In this document: piece after piece, positions 54,901-64,000 of the stretch
Position numbering within the stretch: the stretch's first letter is position 1
Layout: each line of letters begins with the position of its first letter
Source: Dendrobates tinctorius
Lineage: Eukaryota
Direction: 5' to 3'
Assembly: GCF_039654945.1 (NCBI RefSeq)
Contig: NW_027361869.1
Span: 7,006,001-7,070,000 of the forward strand
DNA: 64,000 bases
Notes under the pieces: model-generated
Database searches by the model: none
What the model was told of the DNA's origin: nothing
Seen by the model: only the letters and a program-made list of their open reading frames with translations
Made by a program: the position numbers and the translations under genes

Positions 54901-57900
54901 AACAGGCAAAGGCGGTCTGTAGGTTTTCTGCCTCCGTACACCTGGACATTGGAATTGCATATGCCCGGGCTGCCCACATCCATAGCATCTGCGCTCTGGG
55001 ATTCTTCCTCCACGTCGTAGTCCCAAAGGTGGAGCAGGAGTAATGCGAGGCACAGTCACACGAAGGTCACCATGAGTTGATGGTCTAGTGGGATGGTGAA
55101 TATTGGAGGCAGAAGGACCAGGGGCCGCCAGCGTTGGGGGGCTGGTAGTGTTGTTCTAATAATATAATAATAATAATAATAAATTTTATTTTTATAGCGC
55201 CGACATATTCCGCAGCACTTTACATTTCAGAGGGGATTTGTACAGACAATAGACATTACAGCATAACAAAAATCACATACAGTAGATTATAACAAATAAC
55301 AAGAGGAGTGAGGGCCCTGCTCGCAAGCTTACAGTCTATGAGGAAAGAGGTAGACACGAAAGGTGGGTGGTAACAGTTGCTCTGATTGTATGGACCAGCC
55401 ATAATGTTAAGTGTGTAACAGTACAGACACAGAGGGCTAATGGATGCATAAAGCATGTGGGAACATGATGCTGGGAACCTGGTTATGGTAAAACTTTTGG
55501 CTCTGCCACACAGGGATAGGTTAGGTTAATGTGTTGAGGCGATAGGCCAGTCTGAATAAATGCGTTTTCAGGACACGCTTAAAATTGTGGGGATTGGGGA
55601 CTAATCGTATTGACCTGGGAAGTGCATTCCAAAGAATTGGCGCTGCACGTGTAAAGTCTTGGAGACGGGAGTGGGAGGTTCTGACTATTGAGGATACTAA
55701 CCTCAGGTCATCAGCAGAACGGAGGGCACGGGTAGGGTGGTATACTGAAACAAGGGAGGAGATGTAGGGTGGTGCTGAGCCATGGAGGGCTTTGTGGGTG
55801 AGGGTAATAAGTTTATACTGAATTCTGGAGTGGATGGGTAGCCAGTGTAATGACTGGCACAAGGTAGAGGCATCGGTGTAACGATTGGTGAGGAATATGA
55901 TCCTGGCTGCAGCATTCAAGACAGATTGGAGAGGGGAGAGTTTGGTAAGAGGGAGACCGATTAGAAGAGAGTTACAATAGTCGAGACGAGAATGAATAAG
56001 AGAAACAGTAAGAGTTTTTGCAGAGTCAAAAGTAAGAAAAGGTCGAATTCTAGAAATGTTTTTGAGGTGCAGATGACAAGAGCGAGCCAGTGATCGAATG
56101 TGGGGGGCAAAGGAAAGCTTGGAATCAAGTATGACCCCAAGACAGCGGGCATGTTGCTGGGGAGTAATAGTGGAACCACACACAGAAATAGCAATGTCGG
56201 GTATAGGTGCATTAGTAGCGAGAGGAAACACCAGGAGTTCAGTCTTTGACAGGTTCAGTTTCAGATATAGTGAGGACATGATATTAGACACAGCGTTTAG
56301 ACAATCGCCAGTGTTTTCTAGAAAGGCTGGCGTGATGTCAGGAGAAGAAGCGTATAATTGGGTGTCATCAGCATAGAGATGGTACTGGAAACCAAATCTA
56401 CTGATTGTTTGACCAATAGGGGCAGTGTACAAGGAGAAGAGGAGGGGGCCTAGAACCGATCCTTGAGGAACCCCAACAGTAAGGGGAAGGTGAGAGGAGG
56501 AGGAACTGGCAAAAGAAAGAGTAAAGGAGCGGTCGGAGAGATAGGAGGAGAACCAGGAGAGAACGGTGTCCTTGAGGCCAATGGAATGGAGCATAGTGAG
56601 GAGGAGCTGATGATCCACAGTGTCGAATGCTGCAGAGAGATCCAAGAGAATTAGCATGGAGTAATGACCATTTGATTTAGCTGTTAGCAGATCATTAGAG
56701 ACTTTAGTGAGGGCAGTTTCAGTGGAGTGTAAAGAGCGGAAACCGGTTTGGAGAGGGTCGAGAAGAGAGTTTTCTGAGAGATAGCGGATAAGACGGGAGT
56801 GGACCAGGCGTTCCAGGAGTTTAGAGATGAAGGGAAGATTAGAGACAGGTCTATAGTTAGCGGCACAGTTTTGGTCGAGGGATGGTTTTTTTAAGTAGTG
56901 GATGTATGATGGCATGCTTAAATGAGGAGGGAAAAATACCAGAAGAGAGAGAGAGGTTAAATATTTTAGTTAGGTGAGGGGTGACAGCAGGGGAAAGGGA
57001 CTGGAGGAGATGTGACGGAAATGGGTCACTGGTGCAAGTAGTTGGGCGAGAAGATGCAAGGAGCCTGCTTACTTCTTCTTCTGTGACTGGTTCAAAATCA
57101 GAGAGTGAGTTAGATGCAGTGGGGGAGGGAGGACAGTGCATGGTATGAGGGGATTTGGAGATAATTTCCTGTCGGATCTGGTCAATTTTTTCTTTGAAGT
57201 AATTGGCCAGATCGTCAGCTCGGAGCTCCGTGGTTGGGGCCTGTACTCTTGGATTGAGTAGAGAATGAAAAGTGTCAAAGAGACGTTTCGGGTTATTGGA
57301 CACTGAGGTGATGAGGGTGTTGAAATAGGTTTGTTTGGAGAGGTGAAGGGCAGTGTTGTATGTTCTAAGCATAAACTTAAAATGGATGAAATCTTCGTGT
57401 AGATTGGATTTTCTCCACAGACGTTCGGCGCACCTGGAGCACCGCTGCAGGAAACGTGTTTGCACCGTGTGCCAGGGTTGTCGCCGTCTGTGTTGTGGTG
57501 TTCTATTTATAGGGGGTGCAAATTCATCCAGGGCAGTTTGAAGTGTTTCATTGTAATTCTTCAATGCAGAATCAGGACATGAGAGGGAGGAGATAGGGGC
57601 CAATGAAGACTGCAAGTTCTTCAGAAGTTTCTGGGTGTTAATGGCCTGTATGTTTCTATAAGTCTGGACAGTGGGGGTGACCTGAGCAGCCTGGCAGTTC
57701 TTGATAGAGAATGAAAGAAGATTGTGGTCAGAGAGCGGGAGAGGGGAGTTTGCAAAATCATCCACTGCACAAAGCCGAGAGAAGACCAAGTCGAGGGAGT
57801 TTCCGTCTTCATGCGTTGGAGAATTAGTAAGCTGTGAAAGGCCAAATGAGGAGGTTAGAGATAAAAGGTGAGTAGCAGATGTTGAGAGGGGAAGAGCAAT

Positions 57901-60325
57901 GGGGATGTTGAAATCTCCCATGATGAGGGTAGGGATGTCACAGGAGAGAAAATGTGGAAGCCAAGTGGCAAAATGATCCAGGAACTGATGGGAGGGGCCG
58001 GGAGGACGATACACCACCGCCACTTGCATGGAGAAGGGGGTGTAGAGTCTGACGGCATGGACCTCAAAAGAAGGGAAGACAAGTGAGGGTACTTGAGGGA
58101 TAACCTGAAAGGTACATTTTGGTGATAGGAGCAGACCAACGCCTCCACCAGCTCTATTGTCTGATCTTGGGGTATGAGAGAAGTGTAGCCCCCCGTATGA
58201 AAGAGCAGCAGCAGCGGTAGTATCTGACTGCTGGATCCAGGTTTCAGTAAGAGCCAGGAGGTTAAGAGAATTAGAAAGGAAGAAGTCATGGATGAAGGAG
58301 AGTTTGTTACACACTGAGCGAGAATTCCAAAGTGCACAATTAAGAGAGACAGATGGCATGCAGGGAATATTAGTAAGATTAGAGGGGTTTCTGAGTGTAG
58401 CAGTGGAGGGGTTTGACTTTCTATAACATGGGGGACCAGGGTTGGGAGCAATGTCTCCTGCGACTAGGAGAAGGAGGATAGAAAGAGTGAGCAGATGGTT
58501 AAGTGATTTGTGAGAGCGTCTCTGGTGTTGAATGGTGGGACTGCCTGGATCTGTGCAATTTAACAATGTGAAAAGAGCGTGAGTGCTATACATAGGAGAG
58601 GAAAGAAGCGAGGGGCCAATATGGATGGAGTGTGGAGAGTTAATGCCAGGGCGGTGGATGTGTGTGAATGCAGCGGCCAGGATATAAATTACACAAATGC
58701 ATATGGTATATATTTGTTGTACTCCAAATGTACAGGGAGTAGATGTATATAAATGTCTTACCTGTCTAACTGCCATGTTATAACTGCCAGAAGTACTTTG
58801 ATACATGTACTTCGATTACATGTGCATAAATGCCACCCCTGCATAAATGCTCCCCCTAGCTAGGTCTGAATATATAGGAGGTTAAGGCTAAGTTTTTTTT
58901 TTTTTTGGCTCTCTCTTCTCGTTAATCAATCACACTAAATTGAGACACCAGGACCCAATAAAATGTTGTGGTCAAATAAACACATGTCCAGCACTACATG
59001 GATCATAAAGCACTTTGAAAAGTTTCTTGACCTCACAACATAAGGGCACAAGCAGAGTAAGTTGAAAAAAACTATATACCAGATATAAGTTTGCAGAGTT
59101 GAAAACACATAGATAGCATTCAGGATTAACTGCTTGCTGACATTGAATGGAGACACAGGAGTGGATTCAGAGCAGAGATTGGAAAAGCTGGTTACCAGAT
59201 ATAAGTTTGCAGAGTTGAAAACACATAGATAGCATTCAGGATTAACTGCTTGCTGACATTGAATGGAGACACAGGAGTGGATTCAGAGCAGAGATTGGAA
59301 AAGCTGGTCACCAGATATAAGTTTGCAGAGTTGAAAACACATAGATAGCATTCAGGATTAACTACTCCCTGAGTAGTATTTTTTTCCACTGAGGCTTGAT
59401 GGTGAGAGCCTCATCAGCTAGAGCTGCAGCTTCCTCCACTGTTGCTGGTCTCCTTTCACGCACCCATTCCCGTATCTCAGCGGGGCACTTAAAATAAAAC
59501 TGCTCTTTTAGGATGACCTGCAGGAACGTTTCCCAGGTTATGGCCTCCTCTGCCTCCAGCCAGCGATGACATATATGTTTGAGTTTGTGAGCATACATCT
59601 TGAAGGACACTTCCTCATCACAGGCTAAAGTACGGAACTGAGTCCTGTAAGTGTCTGGGGTCACAGCATAATGTTCTAGAATAGTCTGTTTAATCTCCGC
59701 ATACTCACAGTTCAACCGAGGGTCCATAGCTCTATAGGCTGCGGCAGCCCTCTAAGAGCCCCACAAGATGTCGGACGCGCTCCCTTTCCGGGACTTCCAT
59801 TAATCGACACTGATGCTCAAAGTCCTGGAAGTAGCCCTCAATGTCACCGGAAGCCTCATTAAACGGCTTGAAGTCTTTGCGGGACACTCTGGGGAGTTCC
59901 CTCATGGGGGATGCTGTGGGTACAGTCTGTCTGGAGCTTCTCGCTGCCTCCAAAGTGATCTCCCTCTCCAGCATTGCCCTCTCCTCCATCCTGCGCTGCC
60001 TCTCCTTGGCTGTGCGCATGACCTCCCTCTTATCTTCTATGGTAGCCTCTTCTCCCAGCAAGGCCATCTCCTCCTCGTACCACACAACCCACTGACTTTT
60101 TTGGGTATTTACCTCCGACTGCCGCCTTTCCTCTCTGTGCTGTGAGGATCCTTCCTCAGCATCATCTTGCAGGTGAACTGCTTCCAAAGCCTCAATCAGC
60201 TGCTCCTTGGAGAGTCCCTTGTAGCTGACTCCCAGTTCACGGGCCTTTGTTTGTAGGTTCACCACAGTCCAGTTCTTGTACTCTGCGGTGCTGGTTCCAG
60301 ATGTTGATGGGCCGTTGTCCTCCAT
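51920..60325 (-). mobile_element. Gmr1 internal copy 2: RNase H cut off, gag interrupted by L2 and a 5-bp deletion
   Basis: ORFs 51841..55059, 59362..59727 and 59732..60325 are near-identical to copy 1. Confidence 0.93.
55158..59364 (-). mobile_element. L2-clade LINE (APE and RT, one frameshift near 56890) inserted in Gmr1 gag
   Basis: ORFs 56857..58806 (WNSRS, LTETW, MGDFN, SDH) and 55521..56915 ([20 protein letters not shown]); L2-type 3' UTR and (TTA)n tail; 116-bp 5' monomers 59078-59363. Confidence 0.93.
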
Positions 60326-60360
60326 TCCTTCTGCTCTGATCCCAGCGCTGCCAACCAGTT

Positions 60361-60991
60361 TGTGACGGGAGTATTCTCCAGAGCAAGGAGGGACAGCAGG
60401 CCTGGGAATAATCCAACAGATTTATTGACCAAAAAACAGGAACAACACGAAGGTAATTTGCAGAGTCCCAAAATAAGTCCACAGGAAACTGATTCGGGGG
60501 CACCTCCCGACAATCCTTGTGCCAGATCACAAAACCATAGTCCTTTAAGAGTCCCAGAAATCCACCACGATCGCACAGAGGCCGAAGCTTCCTCAGACAG
60601 CCTCGTCCTTCTCTTTTAGCATCCAACTCACATCTGATCTTAAAGCAAGAATGTATTGTCAGGGCTCCTGGGATCAGTCCATCTGAAGGGGGATAGGGGG
60701 TCACACCTACTATTCAATGGTTTGGTCCATCAGAAGAGTCTAGAAATGTAAGGGCTCCACTTGGTCTACAGGATGTGTATTGTAGGTTATCTTCTGCTTA
60801 GGAAAACAATAGCCAAAGTTCCACTAGCTGTTGACACAAGCCTAAATTAGATTATGGTCCAGGTACATCACAAGACATTGCAAAGTATTGGGGGAAGGAG
60901 ACATGGTTAATTTACAACAAATACAACCAGAGGAAAGTTACATGACATATTATACAAAATACAGGACAGGGCAAAACTACAAATCATGACA
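60361..60991 (-). mobile_element. Gmr1 LTR3 (5' LTR)
   Basis: TGTGAC...TGACA, third copy of the LTR. Confidence 0.93.
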
Positions 60992-63900
60992 CATATAGAG
61001 CAGTGTGTACAGTTTATAGAGCAGTGTGTACAGTATGTACAGTATATAGAGCAGAGTGTGCAGTATATAGAGCAGTGTGTACAGTATATAGAGCAGAGTG
61101 TGCAGTATATAGAGCAGTGTGTACAGTATATAGAGCAGTGTGTACAGTATATAGAGCAGTGTGTACAGTATATAGAGCAGTGTGTGCAGTGTATAGAGCA
61201 GTGTGTACAGTATATAGAGCAGTGTACAGTATATAGAGCAGTGTGTACAGTATATAGAGCAGAGTGTATAGTATATAGAGCAGTGTAAGGTATATAGAGC
61301 AGTGTGTACAGTATATAGAGCAGTTTGTGCAGTGTATAGAGCAGTGTGTACAGTATATAGAGCAGTGTACAGTATATAGAGCAGTGTGTACAGTATATAG
61401 AGCAGTGTGTACAGTATACAGAGCAGTGTGTACAGTATATAGAGCAGAGTGTGCAGTATATAGAGCAGTGTGTACAGTATATAGAGCAGTGTGTACAGTA
61501 TATAGAGCAGAGTGTGCAGTATATAGAGCAGTGTGTACAGTATATAGAGTAGTGTACAGTATATAGAGCAGTGTACGGTATATACAGCAGTGTACAGTAT
61601 ATAGAGCAGTGTTTACAGTATATAGAGCACTGTGTACAGTATATAGGGCAGTGTGTTCAGTATATAGACCAGTGTACAGTATCTAGAGCAGTGTGTACAG
61701 TATATAGAGCAGAGTGTGCAGTATATAGAGCAGTGTACAGTATATAGAGCAGCATGTACAGTATATAGAGCAGTGTGTGCAGTATATAGAGCAGTGTGTG
61801 CAGTATATAGAGCAGTGTATACAGTGTATAGAGCAGTGTACAGTATATAGAGCAGTGTGTACAGTATATAGAGTAGAGTGTGCAGTATATAGAGCAGTGT
61901 ACAGTATATAGAGCAGTGTGTACAGTATATAGAGCAGTGTATGCAGTATATAGAGCAGCATGTACAGTATATAGAGCAGTGTATGCAGTATATAGAGCAG
62001 CATGTACAGTATATAGAGCAGTGTGTGCAGTATATAGAGCAGTGTGTGCAGTATATAGAGCAGTGTATACAGTGTATAGAGCAGTGTGCAGTGTATAGAG
62101 CAGTGTACAGTATATAGAGCAGTGTGTACAGTATATAGAGTAGAGTGTGCAGTATATAGAGCAGTGTACAGTATATAGAGCAGTGTGTACAGTATATAGA
62201 GTAGAGTGTGCAGTATATAGAGCAGTGTACAGTATATAGAGCAGTGTTTACAGTATATAGAGCACTGTGTACAGTATATAGGGCAGTGTGTTCAGTATAT
62301 AGACCAGTGTACAGTATATAGAGCAGTGTGTACAGTATATAGAGCAGTGTGTATAGTATATAGAGCAGTGTTTACAGTATATAGAGCAGTGTGTACAGTA
62401 TACAGAGCAGTGTGTACAGTATATAGAGCAGAGTGTGCAGTATATAGAGCAGTGTGTACAGTATATAGAGCAGTGTGTACAGTATATAGAGCAGAGTGTG
62501 CAGTATATAGAGCAGTGTGTACAGTATATAGAGCAGTGTACAGTATATAGAGCAGTGTACAGTATATAGAGCAGTGTACAGTATATAGAGCAGTGTTTAC
62601 AGTATATAGAGCACTGTGTACAGTATATAGGGCAGTGTGTTCAGTATATAGACCAGTGTACAGTATCTAGAGCAGTGTGTACAGTATATAGAGCAGAGTG
62701 TGCAGTATATAGAGCAGTGTACAGTATATAGAGCAGCATGTACAGTATATAGAGCAGTGTGTGCAGTATATAGAGCAGTGTGTGCAGTATATAGAGCAGT
62801 GTATACAGTGTATAGAGCAGTGTACAGTATATAGAGCAGTGTGTACAGTATATAGAGTAGAGTGTGCAGTATATAGAGCAGTGTACAGTATATAGAGCAG
62901 TGTGTACAGTATATAGAGCAGTGTATGCAGTATATAGAGCAGCATGTACAGTATATAGAGCAGTGTATGCAGTATATAGAGCAGCATGTACAGTATATAG
63001 AGCAGTGTGTGCAGTATATAGAGCAGTGTGTGCAGTATATAGAGCAGTGTATACAGTGTATAGAGCAGTGTGCAGTGTATAGAGCAGTGTACAGTATATA
63101 GAGCAGTGTGTACAGTATATAGAGTAGAGTGTGCAGTATATAGAGCAGTGTACAGTATATAGAGCAGTGTGTACAGTATATAGAGTAGAGTGTGCAGTAT
63201 ATAGAGCAGTGTACAGTATATAGAGCAGTGTTTACAGTATATAGAGCACTGTGTACAGTATATAGGGCAGTGTGTTCAGTATATAGACCAGTGTACAGTA
63301 TATAGAGCAGTGTGTACAGTATATAGAGCAGTGTGTATAGTATATAGAGCAGTGTTTACAGTTTATAGAACAGTGTGTCCAGTATATAGAGCAGTGTACG
63401 GTATATAGAGCAGTGTACAGTATATAGAGCAGTGTACAGTATATAGAGCAGCATGTACAGTATATAGAGCAGTGTGTACAGGATATAGAGCAGTGTTTAC
63501 AGTATATAGAGCAGTGTGTCCAGTATATAGAGCAGTGTACGGTATATAGAGCAGTGTACGGTATATACAGCAGTGTACAGTATATAGAGCAGCATGTACA
63601 GTATATAGAGCAGTGTGTACAGGATATAGAGCAGTGTTTACAGTATATAGAGCAGTGTACGGTATATAGAACAGACTACAGTATATAGAGCAGTGTACAG
63701 TATATAGAACAGAGTACGGTATATAGAGCAGTGTACAGTATATAGAGCAGTGTACAGTATGTAGAGCAGTGTGTACAGGATATAGAGCAGTGTGTACAGT
63801 ATATAGAGCAGTGTGTCCAGTATATAGAGCAGTGTACGGTATATAGAGCAGTGTGTACAGTATATAGAGCAGTGTGTACAGTATATAGAGCAGCATGTAC

Positions 63901-64000
63901 AGTATATAGAGCAGTGTGTACAGGATATAGAGCAGTGTTTACAGTATATAGAGCAGTGTACGGTATATAGAACAGACTACAGTATATAGAGCAGTGTACA
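60992..64000. repeat. 19/21-bp satellite (ATATAGAGCAGTGTGTACAGT)n with a 984-bp higher-order duplication
   Basis: Direct inspection; rare ATCTAG variant at 61681 and 62665. Confidence 0.95.

Noticed and set aside
60986-63896. YIEQCVQ/VYRAVCT repeat ORFs and LTR-spanning ORFs (46015, 51167, 60237)
   Set aside because: Translations of satellite or LTR sequence with no protein signature
37956-64000. Further KDM8 exons (GCRTVPVE.. and JmjC domain)
   Set aside because: Not found by eye; presumably beyond the window

Overview
Vertebrate genomic DNA, probably from a frog judging by its transposon repertoire. It holds a complete replication-dependent histone quintet (H2A-, H2B+, H4+, H3-, H1-; 12.2-22.2 kb), three arrays of a 36-bp satellite, a CR1 LINE with 22 near-identical 127-bp 5' monomers, and the first three coding exons of KDM8/JMJD5 (+). 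The rest of the window appears to be KDM8 intron filled with hAT, Tc1, Harbinger MITE, Helentron-like, DIRS, Gmr1-type Gypsy and L2 elements and a 19/21-bp satellite. Main observation: the 36-bp satellite is a tandem amplification of the histone mRNA 3'-processing signal (3' arm of the stem-loop, ACCAC cleavage segment and the U7-snRNA-binding HDE, AGAGCTGTA). One array starts inside the H1 stem-loop. About 280 copies surround the cluster, all with the HDE on the minus strand, which is the sense strand of H1, H3 and H2A. Any function for these arrays is inference.
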